DNA of 57,724 bases from Planctomycetota bacterium (GCA_040753835.1 JBFMDM010000002.1:1-57724); one strand, 5' to 3'; counted from the stretch's first letter, positions 29,021-36,637 are shown. The notes: a model not told the origin generated them from the sequence alone. Translations and numbers: made by a program.

Positions 29021-29608
29021 ATGCATAAACCAAATAAATGCCGGTATTGTTCGGTCAAGGAGTTGCAGAAGGAGAAAAATAAGCACGAGAAAAAGGCGTT
29101 TGAGAACGTCTTTCCTGACATCTTGCCTGCCTTGAAAGGTCTTGCTTGTAAATACTGTAATGATTTATTGCCTGTTTACGACCCTTTCAGCGAAGTAGTA
29201 TACGCCGCCTATCAGGCATTGAAAATGGGATACCATCAAAAGAAAGATATTATCCGTATCGCAGCAAATCACCTCATCCGTTTGGCAAGAAAAGAATCTA
29301 ATCATAGAGAATTTCTAATAGAACATTCTGAGGAAATCGCCGAGAAGTTCCATCATCCGTATTCTTATCCGCCTGACTATCGCCTGCAGGATAAATATCA
29401 GTGGAATTATCAGGGGATTCAGATGCTGGATGAAGCGGTGCAGGATAAGGTCTTGAGTCAGATAGAAGTTGAGGTGCTGGCTGAATATGTCTGCTACGAG
29501 CGGACTTTTAAGTGGATTGCCAAGGGACAGAACCTTACAATACAAAAAGTTGCTCAACTTTATGAAACCGCTTTAGAAAAACTAAAAAGGAGTATATCCG
29601 ATGAATGA
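29021..29608 (+). CDS. small sigma-70-family-like protein (region 2/region 4-like) with N-terminal Cys pairs
   Basis: 195 aa. CRYC...CKYC at the N-terminus. The C-terminal LSQIEVEVLAEYVCYERTFKWIAKGQNLTIQKVAQLYETALEKLKR resembles a sigma region-4 HTH. A YvrJ-like gene follows, an arrangement known for YvrI-type sigma factors in Firmicutes. Confidence 0.5.
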   Translation: MHKPNKCRYCSVKELQKEKNKHEKKAFENVFPDILPALKGLACKYCNDLLPVYDPFSEVVYAAYQALKMGYHQKKDIIRIAANHLIRLARKESNHREFLIEHSEEIAEKFHHPYSYPPDYRLQDKYQWNYQGIQMLDEAVQDKVLSQIEVEVLAEYVCYERTFKWIAKGQNLTIQKVAQLYETALEKLKRSISDE

Positions 29609-29741
29609 AATTATTACCGTAATTGAACGATTGGGCTTCCCGATTTTCCTGTCTCTGTATCTGGTCGTCAGGCAGGACGGCCTTTTAAGGGCGATTCTGT
29701 CCGAACTACGTAAGATGAACGGATACAAAAAAGGAAGATAA
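29601..29741 (+). CDS. YvrJ-like small membrane protein
   Basis: 46-aa ORF not in the track. AAGGAG lies 8 nt upstream, and the ATG overlaps the upstream stop (ATGAATGA). MNEIITVIERLGFPIFLSLYLVVRQDGLLRAILSELRKM matches my recollection of the YvrJ family (..GFPI.V..YLL.R.E..L). Confidence 0.5.
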   Translation: MNEIITVIERLGFPIFLSLYLVVRQDGLLRAILSELRKMNGYKKGR

Positions 29742-29745
29742 ACCT

Positions 29746-29871
29746 ATGTTCAAACTAATGTCAGGTTTCTGGAAACGGGTCATTAAGACGATAATTGAAA
29801 TCGTCTTGGATCTGATTCAGAAGAAAAGGCAACAGTAATCCCTAACGGGATAAGAGCCAGTAACAACTAAA
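29746..29871 (+). CDS. hypothetical 41-aa peptide
   Basis: ATG preceded by AAGGAAG. MFKLMSGFWKRVIKTIIEIVLDLIQEEKATVIPNGIRASNN. The 3-prime end runs into repeat copy B, so the extent is uncertain. Confidence 0.25.
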
Positions 29872-29888
29872 GTTTAACTGGCTCTAAA
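29839..29888. repeat. TAAC-hairpin element, copy B
   Basis: ATCCC-taac-GGGAT followed by AAGAGCCAG-TAAC-AAC-taaa-GTT-TAA-CTGGCTCT. Confidence 0.8.
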
Positions 29889-30101
29889 CACACCCCTGCC
29901 ACTCTTGATAGAGGGGACTTTGGGTGAAAATTACCAGTCCGGTTGGGGCTATCTCAGGTATCAGTGGTCCCCGCCTCTATCTTTTTGATGGGTGCGGGGC
30001 TTGAATAGCCACGGCAAGATACGATAGCCCCGCCGGCTGTTTACAGCCACAGATTATACAGATTCTTTGTGTCCTTTGTGGCGAGAAGAAAGGAAACGAA
30101 A

Positions 30102-30893
30102 ATGATACACACTAAGATACTGGTTCCGGTTGCGCCGTTCGTGCCGCCGGACCCGGATATGTCCACCAAACGGGTGGAAACACTCAAAAACGATGCGGAG
30201 ATTATCAATAACCGCCGCAAGGTCCGGCTTCCCAATGCCGATACCTTTGCCCAGATATATTCTCCGGCATCGGATAAGTTCAAGCAACGGGTGAACTTCC
30301 CGACCTCAACCCAGGGCGACCGCAACGCGGCCGACATCTTCGCGCTCCAGCGCTCCAAGATGACCCGCGCTTACAATAAGTACAACGACGGCTTAGACCA
30401 CGCCTTTGAAGAGGTTGACGGCGTCTATGCCAAGCGGTTCAAGGATAAGGTTGACGCCTCGCAAAGCAACTGGGATGAGGAAGCGGCCAGGGGAACCCTG
30501 AGATTCACCGGCTCGCGTGCCAGAGGCAGACAGGTCGCCTCAATTATGGGCTACTGGCTGACCGCAGACCAGCAGGCAACACAGCGGCTTCCCGAAGGCA
30601 CGGTCGTCTTTTCCGGCAATCCCTACGACATTGCCTGGGATGACTTGAAGGCGACCTTAAGAACCTCTATCACCCAGATTCTGGTCCAGACCGGGATGAT
30701 TTTGGTGGAATCGGGGTTTGACCCGAATATGTTCACCAGGCATAACGGCCGGATCAAGAATATGCTTGAGAAACTCTCAGACCCCTTAAAGGCGTCCGAC
30801 TGGGTGGCCAGCCGCCTGACGGATAAGTCCTACTGCGTCTGGTTCGTGGAGGACGGACAACTGAAACTGGAAACCCAAATCTACACGGCGTAA
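30102..30893 (+). CDS. hypothetical protein
   Basis: 263 aa from the ATG at 30102, preceded by GAAAGGAAACGAAA (the track start at 30069 lacks an RBS). No motif recognised. Confidence 0.6.
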   Translation: MIHTKILVPVAPFVPPDPDMSTKRVETLKNDAEIINNRRKVRLPNADTFAQIYSPASDKFKQRVNFPTSTQGDRNAADIFALQRSKMTRAYNKYNDGLDHAFEEVDGVYAKRFKDKVDASQSNWDEEAARGTLRFTGSRARGRQVASIMGYWLTADQQATQRLPEGTVVFSGNPYDIAWDDLKATLRTSITQILVQTGMILVESGFDPNMFTRHNGRIKNMLEKLSDPLKASDWVASRLTDKSYCVWFVEDGQLKLETQIYTA

Positions 30894-30994
30894 GCCACAG
30901 ATTACACAGATTGTATTCTGTAAAATTACCACGAGGACACAGAGAACGCAAAAGTCCTTTTGGGCTTTGTGCGCTTTGTGTCCTTTGTGGTGAA

Positions 30995-31128
30995 ACCCGC
31001 CAGAGGCGGGTCTAACTGGCTGTCCCTGCCCCTACGGGATAACTCACTGTAACATCCTGTCGGATTAACAGTGAGTAAACGGGACTCCTGCGGTCGTAAC
31101 GACCAATGGTTTAACAACCAGTAAGAAA
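30995..31128. repeat. compound hairpin cluster (copy F) forming the leader of the 31141 gene
   Basis: ACCCGCC-aga-GGCGGGT, CTAACTGGCT..., CTCACTG-TAAC-ATCC-tgtc-GGAT-TAA-CAGTGAG, GGTCG-TAA-CGACC, ...AACCAGTAAG. It is followed by AAGAAAGGAttaatttatATG. Confidence 0.7.
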
Positions 31129-31140
31129 GGATTAATTTAT

Positions 31141-32094
31141 ATGGCAAGAATACTTTATGACCGGATTAACGAGATAAAGAACAAGCACTTAAGCCCGCAA
31201 TCAGTCACGGGAGATAAGATAGCCAGCGATGCTATTGAAGAGAAACATATTAAGGACGGCGTGGTGACCAGACGTAAGATAGCCGATGGCGTGGTTGGTA
31301 CTAATGAACTGGTGGACGGTTCGGTTACCACGGCCAAGATAGCCAGCAAGGCGGTAACTACCGACAAACTGCAATCAGCCAGTGTAACTAATGAAAAGAT
31401 TGCGGATGGCGCAATTACCTCAGGCAAGATTGTGGCCGGGGCAATCACCACGGAAAAAATTGCCAACGGCGCGATCACCCGGGAAAAGGTGGCCGACCAG
31501 AGCGTGAGGAGCGAGGATTTGGTGGACGGCGCAGTGACCAGTGCGAAACTGGCGAGTAACTCGGTAACCGCGGCAAAGATTGCGGCCAATGCAGTCGGCT
31601 CATCCGAGATTGCGGCCAGTGCGGTTAATACCAGCGAACTGACAAACGGGGCAGTTACTACGGAAAAGATTGCCAACGGCGCGGTAACGCAGGAGAAATT
31701 GGCCGCCGGAATAGCCGCGGGCGAACGGCACATCATCGGCACCACACAGGGCGAACAGTCATTAGAAGGGCTTTATTTGCCCGGACAGTCGTTCCCGATT
31801 CCTTACACCGCGGTTGACCTGTCCCAATGGATTCCGGCCGGGGCTAAGTGGGCCATTGTCCAGCTCGGGATGTTTACCGAGTCAATGAGTCCAAACGTGG
31901 TGGCCGAGATGCGCGTGCGCCGGGATGAGATTCAGCGCGAGGCAATCTGCATCTCCAACGGCTCAACGGGCAAGACCGTCTGGAACGCCGGCCTCGTGCC
32001 ACTGACAAGTGGACGAACGGTGGAATATCAGTTGACGATGACCGGCAGTATAACGGTTACTATCTTTATTACAATTGTGGGATATGTAATGTAG
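31141..32094 (+). CDS. tail-fibre-like protein with 16 tandem 11-residue repeats and a globular C-terminal domain
   Basis: 317 aa. Residues about 18-193 follow an 11-aa period (VTTAKIASKAV TTDKLQSASVT NEKIADGAITS GKIVAGAITTE KIANGAITREK ...). The last 120 aa or so are non-repetitive. Confidence 0.7.
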   Translation: MARILYDRINEIKNKHLSPQSVTGDKIASDAIEEKHIKDGVVTRRKIADGVVGTNELVDGSVTTAKIASKAVTTDKLQSASVTNEKIADGAITSGKIVAGAITTEKIANGAITREKVADQSVRSEDLVDGAVTSAKLASNSVTAAKIAANAVGSSEIAASAVNTSELTNGAVTTEKIANGAVTQEKLAAGIAAGERHIIGTTQGEQSLEGLYLPGQSFPIPYTAVDLSQWIPAGAKWAIVQLGMFTESMSPNVVAEMRVRRDEIQREAICISNGSTGKTVWNAGLVPLTSGRTVEYQLTMTGSITVTIFITIVGYVM

Positions 32095-32134
32095 ATACAA
32101 GATGCAAGATACTGGATACGTGATGCGCGATATG
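32093..32134. repeat. heptanucleotide tandem array (NGATRYN x 6)
   Basis: agataca agatgca agatact ggatacg tgatgcg cgatatg. The reverse complement resembles the array at 25712-25757. Confidence 0.8.
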
Positions 32135-32137
32135 CGT

Positions 32138-32180
32138 GGGGCGTTAAGACATTATGTCTTAACGCTCCTTTCTTTATTTT
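32138..32180 (+). terminator. rho-independent terminator after the fibre-like gene
   Basis: Perfect 10-bp stem GCGTTAAGAC (32141-32150) / GTCTTAACGC (32156-32165), loop ATTAT, followed by TCCTTTCTTTATTTT. Confidence 0.7.
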
Positions 32181-32230
32181 AACTCTTCTTCCCAGGCGAT
32201 TCCGTTTGCACCTCAAAGGTTGATTCGGGT

Positions 32231-32471
32231 AATTACTTGAGTGGTCGGGGAGTTTTTTTGCACCCTCGTTAGGACCCTGTCATTCCTGCCCCTGCTTTCG
32301 CAGTGGTAAACTTGTCCCCGCGTAGGCGGGGAGCAGGAATCCAGCCGTTTCCGGGTCTACTGGATTTCCGTTTTCACGGGAATGACAAATGGGCGGGAAT
32401 ACACTTTTGCTTATAATCGCCATTTTAACCAATAAAATCAAGGGTTATATTCCCCGACCCCTCAATTACTT
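32231..32471. mobile_element. MITE-like element with terminal inverted repeats
   Basis: TTGAGTGGTCGGGGA (32237-32251) and its near-perfect complement TCCCCGACCCCTCAA (32451-32465), 14/15. The interior carries GTCATTCC...GGAATGAC-type palindromes. There is no ORF. Confidence 0.4.
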
Positions 32472-33353
32472 AAACTCGTAAGAAATGGTAATTTTACCCT
32501 TGCCGGTTGCCTGACCCATAACGTTTCCCTTGGTGCAGGGCTGGTTGCCGTCAAGCATAATATCGCCGGTCAACTCAACCTTGGTGAACCGGCCTTTCTT
32601 GATGGCAAATATGGCAGTGCCTTTGAGCGCCGCTTCAATATTCATTCCGTTGTCCTCGCCTTTTAAAGTTCCGTCCAGTTCAATAATAGCCGAGTCCGAC
32701 TTGACCTCCTTCAAGCGGCATTTAAGGGAACCGGAAGAAAACCGGGCATTAATGCCGACCTCGGTGCAGCCGTGCGACATCGTCCGTTTCTTATGGTTGC
32801 TGAAGTTGAATATACGCACTACGGAATCCGAAGTCGCCTCCCATTCCGACTTGACCTGGATTTCTTCAGCCGGAAGAATCAAGGCAAAGCGGTGCTCGTC
32901 TATGGAGATAAGCGATTTGATAGAATCAGTAATCTGATTAGCCGGCGCCTGGCCCAGGGCTGTGATGGTACCGTCTGATTCAATAACCACCTTTTTGGCA
33001 TCCAGCGGTTCCGGTTTGGGGGTCTGGGATGATTTGCTGACAAAGTATTTGGACGAGCGGTAATTGCGTTCCAGGCGCGTAATCTGCCCCTCCGACATCT
33101 TCAGTATTTTCTGTTCTATTTCCTGTTGGAGTTTGGAATACAAGGGCATTGCCGGATGCCTGGGCATAGAAGGAACCTCCACGTTGGCGTTTGCCTCCAG
33201 TTTATAGATAATGAGTTCCTTATCGCCCTCTTTCATAATGTATTTCAGGGTGTATGACTTGGACTGGTCTGCGGATTCCAGGTAAGTCAGGGAAAGAGCG
33301 GTAATTAATGCAACGGTTGACAGCATCAGGCCGAATAATATCTTTCTATTCAT
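32466..33353 (-). CDS. secreted protein of unknown function
   Basis: 295 aa. N-terminal signal-like helix MNRKILFGLMLSTVALITALSL. No recognised motif. The start overlaps the lspA stop by 8 nt. Confidence 0.65.
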   Translation of the reverse strand: MNRKILFGLMLSTVALITALSLTYLESADQSKSYTLKYIMKEGDKELIIYKLEANANVEVPSMPRHPAMPLYSKLQQEIEQKILKMSEGQITRLERNYRSSKYFVSKSSQTPKPEPLDAKKVVIESDGTITALGQAPANQITDSIKSLISIDEHRFALILPAEEIQVKSEWEATSDSVVRIFNFSNHKKRTMSHGCTEVGINARFSSGSLKCRLKEVKSDSAIIELDGTLKGEDNGMNIEAALKGTAIFAIKKGRFTKVELTGDIMLDGNQPCTKGNVMGQATGKGKITISYEFK

Positions 33354-33906
33354 TTTTGGCTTCTCCTGACGGCGGGCATTGTTCTGTTGCAGGCGGACAG
33401 GCGGTTGCCTGAATCGCCTGTTTCGGCTTAATGAAAAGAGAAACGATAATCAGTCCCGCCCCGATAGTGATATATGTATCAGCCAGATTAAAAACAGGCC
33501 AGTTAATTACGTAAAAATCAATGAAGTCGCGCACGGCCTTATAGGCAATCCGGTCGTACAGATTACCCAGCGCACCGGCCAGAATCAGTCCGAAGGCGAT
33601 GGTCAGCAGAAGATACAGCCGGGCCGGCTGTTTTCCGGAAGCATCATCCTGCGCCTTCTCGCCGCCGAAGAGATGGATATATTTAAACATTAAGACAATA
33701 AGCGGAACCGCCAGGGCCGGGATGACCAGAAACAGGATTGAACCCTGCTGGAACAGGCCCCAGATAATGCCTTTGTTCAGGACGGGCTTGAATTGCAGGA
33801 CGCCCGGGATGATTTCTTTTGTGGTAATGGTGGAAGTGAGTTCCTTGGTAATCAAGTCACCGATGGTTCCGACTATGGCGATGAGGAAGAAAATAAACCA
33901 TCTCAT
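33346..33906 (-). CDS. lspA: lipoprotein signal peptidase II
   Basis: Motifs NKGIIWGLF and VRDFIDF...WPVFNLADTYITIG. I prefer the start at Met18 of the track ORF (33906), because the 33957 start would overlap the upstream gene by 47 nt. Confidence 0.85.
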   Translation of the reverse strand: MRWFIFFLIAIVGTIGDLITKELTSTITTKEIIPGVLQFKPVLNKGIIWGLFQQGSILFLVIPALAVPLIVLMFKYIHLFGGEKAQDDASGKQPARLYLLLTIAFGLILAGALGNLYDRIAYKAVRDFIDFYVINWPVFNLADTYITIGAGLIIVSLFIKPKQAIQATACPPATEQCPPSGEAKNE

Positions 33907-33910
33907 GAAA

Positions 33911-34300
33911 TCAGCGTTTCTCCATGGATTCCTGGCATTTAACGCAGAGACGGGCATAGGGAATAACCTTTAGCCGGTTTTCGGCTATCGGGTTGGAGCA
34001 CTCCTCGCAGATGCCATATGTCTTGTTTTCTATCCGTTCCAGTGCTTCGTCTATCTCTTTCAATTCAATATCCTCGCCTTCCAGGAGTCCCAGCGAGAAA
34101 TCCTGCTCAAACGTGTCGCTGCCGGTGTCAGCCAGATGAATGGGCAGGTTGGAAAGGTCGCCGCTGGCATCGCGTCCGGATTTCTTCAGCGAGCTGTTTT
34201 CCAGGTGGTCCATTCCTTCGCGCAGCATCCCCTTGATTTTCATAAGCCGCTGCTCGAATTCCTTCAGCTTGGCCTTGTTGAACGGTGTTTTTGCTTCCAT
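33911..34300 (-). CDS. DksA/TraR-family C4 zinc-finger protein
   Basis: C-terminal CEECSNPIAENRLKVIPYARLCVKCQ. The ATG at 34300 has AAAAGGA 9 nt upstream. The alternative start at 34387 (track) would overlap rpmC by 26 nt. Confidence 0.8.
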   Translation of the reverse strand: MEAKTPFNKAKLKEFEQRLMKIKGMLREGMDHLENSSLKKSGRDASGDLSNLPIHLADTGSDTFEQDFSLGLLEGEDIELKEIDEALERIENKTYGICEECSNPIAENRLKVIPYARLCVKCQESMEKR

Positions 34301-34361
34301 AGGCGCATCCTTTTGACTCGCTTGGACCGTAATGCGCGGTTTATGCTCTTTGGCCGGCCGC

Positions 34362-34577
34362 CTAACGGTTTTTTTCTTTCTTTTCATTGGCCTGTTTCTC
34401 TTTTATAATGGTATTTAAACGGGCAATGTTTTTCCGCAGGTTTCGTATCTCGGTATGGTTCTGGACCACGTCTGTAACCTGGCGGCAACGAATCCGGAAA
34501 TATTCCTTCTTGGTATTCTCCAGTTCCGTCGTAAGTTCGGCTAGGTCCTTTTGTTTCATCTCTTTTACTTTGAGCAT
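34362..34577 (-). CDS. rpmC: 50S ribosomal protein L29
   Basis: MLKVKEMKQKDLAELTTELENTKKEYFRIRCRQ... is L29-like. The start is set at Met17 of the track ORF, since the first 16 codons lie inside hairpin copy C. Confidence 0.85.
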   Translation of the reverse strand: MLKVKEMKQKDLAELTTELENTKKEYFRIRCRQVTDVVQNHTEIRNLRKNIARLNTIIKEKQANEKKEKNR

Positions 34578-34610
34578 AGATAAATATTCTATTCCCTCGT
34601 CTATCGGGAT

Positions 34611-34648
34611 AAGAGCCGGTAACATCCCTGCGGGATTAACCGGCTCTA
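34611..34648. repeat. TAAC-hairpin element, copy C (rplP-rpmC spacer)
   Basis: AAGAGCCGG-TAAC-ATCCC-tgc-GGGAT-TAA-CCGGCTCTA. The last 3 nt are the complement of the rplP TAG stop. Confidence 0.8.
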
Positions 34649-35056
34649 ATGTATACGTTTCACCAGTTTTGTATTGAACGGCATCTTATGGGCCACGCTG
34701 TTAAAGACCTTGCGGGCGATGTCCTCGGTTACGCCGTCTATCTCAAACAGGACAGTGCCTTTTTTCACCTCGGCTGCATAATATTCCGGCTCGCCCTTGC
34801 CGGTGCCCATCCTGGTTTCAGCCGGCTTGGCTGTAATCGGTTTGTGCGGGAATACCCTGAGCCAGAATTTTCCGGTCGGCGGCATCTGATGCGTAATCGC
34901 CACCCGGCCGGCTTCTATCTGCTGGGCTGAAAGCCAGCCGCGCTCCAGGCACATCAATCCGTATTCGCCAAAAGCGACATAATTTCCCCTTTGGGCGTCG
35001 CCTTTCATCTTGCCTCTTTGCCACTTACGGTATTTTATCCTTTTGGGCATTAACAT
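34646..35056 (-). CDS. rplP: 50S ribosomal protein L16
   Basis: MLMPKRIKYRKWQRGKMKG..., 136 aa. Confidence 0.95.
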   Translation of the reverse strand: MLMPKRIKYRKWQRGKMKGDAQRGNYVAFGEYGLMCLERGWLSAQQIEAGRVAITHQMPPTGKFWLRVFPHKPITAKPAETRMGTGKGEPEYYAAEVKKGTVLFEIDGVTEDIARKVFNSVAHKMPFNTKLVKRIH

Positions 35057-35068
35057 AATAATGTCCTC

Positions 35069-35845
35069 TTATGCAGTCGGTTTTTGCACTGGTTCGGCGC
35101 TTGGAGCCGGCGCCGGAGCGGCAACCTGTTGGACCGCCGGCTTTTCCTCGCGCCTTGGGGCCATCCTGGGCGCGGCCGGAGCCGCGACCGCTGGACGAAG
35201 CGCTGTTTTTTTGGTCCGGTCAATCTCGCCTTTATAAATCCAGACCTTGACACCGACCGTTCCCTTGCCTAACGTGGCGGTGGAACGGGCGTAATCAATG
35301 TCCGCCTTAAGGGTATGCAAAGGTATTTTCCCCTTGCTCAATGACTCGGCCCGGGCGATTTCCACGCCTCCGATGCGGCCGGAAATTCTTATCTTCATTC
35401 CCAAAGCGCCGGCTTCCAGCACCGTCTCAATGGCCTTGTGCATCACCCGGCGGTGATGGGCCTGCTTCTCCAGTTGCTGGGCAATGGAATCGGCCACCAA
35501 CTGGGCGCTTAATTCCGGTTTCAATACTTCAACCACCTTCAGGTCCACAACCCGCCCACCGCAGAGTTTTACCAGGTCTTCGGTGAGTTTATCCGCCTTA
35601 ACCCCGCGCCGGCCGATGATGAACGACGGCTTGGCGCAATACACTATCACGATGGTCTTCTCGGTATTGCGCTCAATCTCTATTTTCTGGAGCCCGGCAA
35701 AATTATATTCCTTCTTGATAAACTTGCGGATTTTTTCGTCTTCTACGGCAAACTTGCCGTAGTTTTTCTTGTCGGCATACCAGCGGGAAATCCAGTCCTT
35801 GTTTATGCCGATTCTTAATGCAACAGGTGATACTTTTTGTCCCAT
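35069..35845 (-). CDS. rpsC: 30S ribosomal protein S3 (with Ala/Pro-rich C-terminal tail)
   Basis: MGQKVSPVALRIGINKDW..., 258 aa. About 45 aa of A/P-rich extension. Confidence 0.95.
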   Translation of the reverse strand: MGQKVSPVALRIGINKDWISRWYADKKNYGKFAVEDEKIRKFIKKEYNFAGLQKIEIERNTEKTIVIVYCAKPSFIIGRRGVKADKLTEDLVKLCGGRVVDLKVVEVLKPELSAQLVADSIAQQLEKQAHHRRVMHKAIETVLEAGALGMKIRISGRIGGVEIARAESLSKGKIPLHTLKADIDYARSTATLGKGTVGVKVWIYKGEIDRTKKTALRPAVAAPAAPRMAPRREEKPAVQQVAAPAPAPSAEPVQKPTA

Positions 35846-35847
35846 AA

Positions 35848-36312
35848 TTATTTAGGTTTATTTTCCTTTTCCTTCTTACCCGCTTTTGTTTCCGGCTGGG
35901 CGGGTTTGCTCTCTGTTGTCTTTGGGGGCTTTGCCGTTGTAGCAGGCGGGGTGGTAACCGCTGCCTTGAGCGGTTGTTCAACGGTTTTTAGCACCAATGT
36001 AACATGCGAGGTACGTTTCTTAACCTGGCTGGCCCGGCCCATTGAAGCCGAGCGCCAGCGCTTAAATGCCGGGCCGTCGCCGACTTTTATCTCGCTGACT
36101 ACCAGTGCCTCCGGCGCCAGGTTGGCATCCCGGGTTGTGGCATTGGCCACTGCCGAGTTAACCAGTTTACTCAGGAAATAAGACACCCTTTTGGATGTAT
36201 ATCTCAGTATCCGCTGCGCCTCAGGCACGGGCTTGTTGCGTATCATATCAGCCACATAGCGCATCTTGCGCGGCGTGCTTCTGGCATATCTCAAAATCGT
36301 TTTGTATTCCAT
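35848..36312 (-). CDS. rplV: 50S ribosomal protein L22 (extended C-terminus)
   Basis: RYARSTPRKMRYVADMIRNKPV..., 154 aa. Lys/Pro/Thr-rich tail. Confidence 0.9.
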   Translation of the reverse strand: MEYKTILRYARSTPRKMRYVADMIRNKPVPEAQRILRYTSKRVSYFLSKLVNSAVANATTRDANLAPEALVVSEIKVGDGPAFKRWRSASMGRASQVKKRTSHVTLVLKTVEQPLKAAVTTPPATTAKPPKTTESKPAQPETKAGKKEKENKPK

Positions 36313-36328
36313 ATAGCGTTAAATAATA

Positions 36329-36610
36329 TTATTCCTCTGTTTCTGCCTTTTTGATGCCCGGATGCCCGCGGAAAAGCCGGGTCGGCGCAAATTCGCCTAA
36401 TTTGTGTCCCACCATATCTTCGGTTACGAAGACCTTGATAAACTTATTGCCGTTATGGACCATAAAAGTATGGGAGACGAATTCCGGCACGACCGTGGAA
36501 CGTCTGGACCAGGTTTTTATCGGGTCGTGGCCCCGGTTTTCTTTCTGCCTGATGACCTTGGCCATCAGTTTCTCATCCACGAACGGTCCTTTTTTGACTG
36601 AGCGGCTCAT
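36329..36610 (-). CDS. rpsS: 30S ribosomal protein S19
   Basis: [15 protein letters not shown]...[24 protein letters not shown]. Confidence 0.95.
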   Translation of the reverse strand: MSRSVKKGPFVDEKLMAKVIRQKENRGHDPIKTWSRRSTVVPEFVSHTFMVHNGNKFIKVFVTEDMVGHKLGEFAPTRLFRGHPGIKKAETEE

Positions 36611-36637
36611 ATCGTTAAATAATACCTTTCATTATTG

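Noticed and set aside
31155-31745. 196-aa minus-strand ORF opposite the fibre-like gene.
   Set aside because: It is an open frame kept open by the 33-nt periodicity of the sense-strand repeats. The sense product has the coherent 11-residue repeat, a good RBS and a terminator.
31141-32094. Diversity-generating retroelement targeting the fibre-like gene's C-terminus.
   Set aside because: No reverse transcriptase ORF and no template-repeat copy of the 3-prime region could be found by eye anywhere in the window.
34578-34625. N-terminal extensions of L29 (16 codons). The same issue affects the GIY-YIG protein (42860-42907), LspA (33907-33957) and the 30069 start.
   Set aside because: The extensions are encoded by repeat hairpins or overlap the upstream gene. 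Internal Met codons give canonical N-termini and better RBS spacing.
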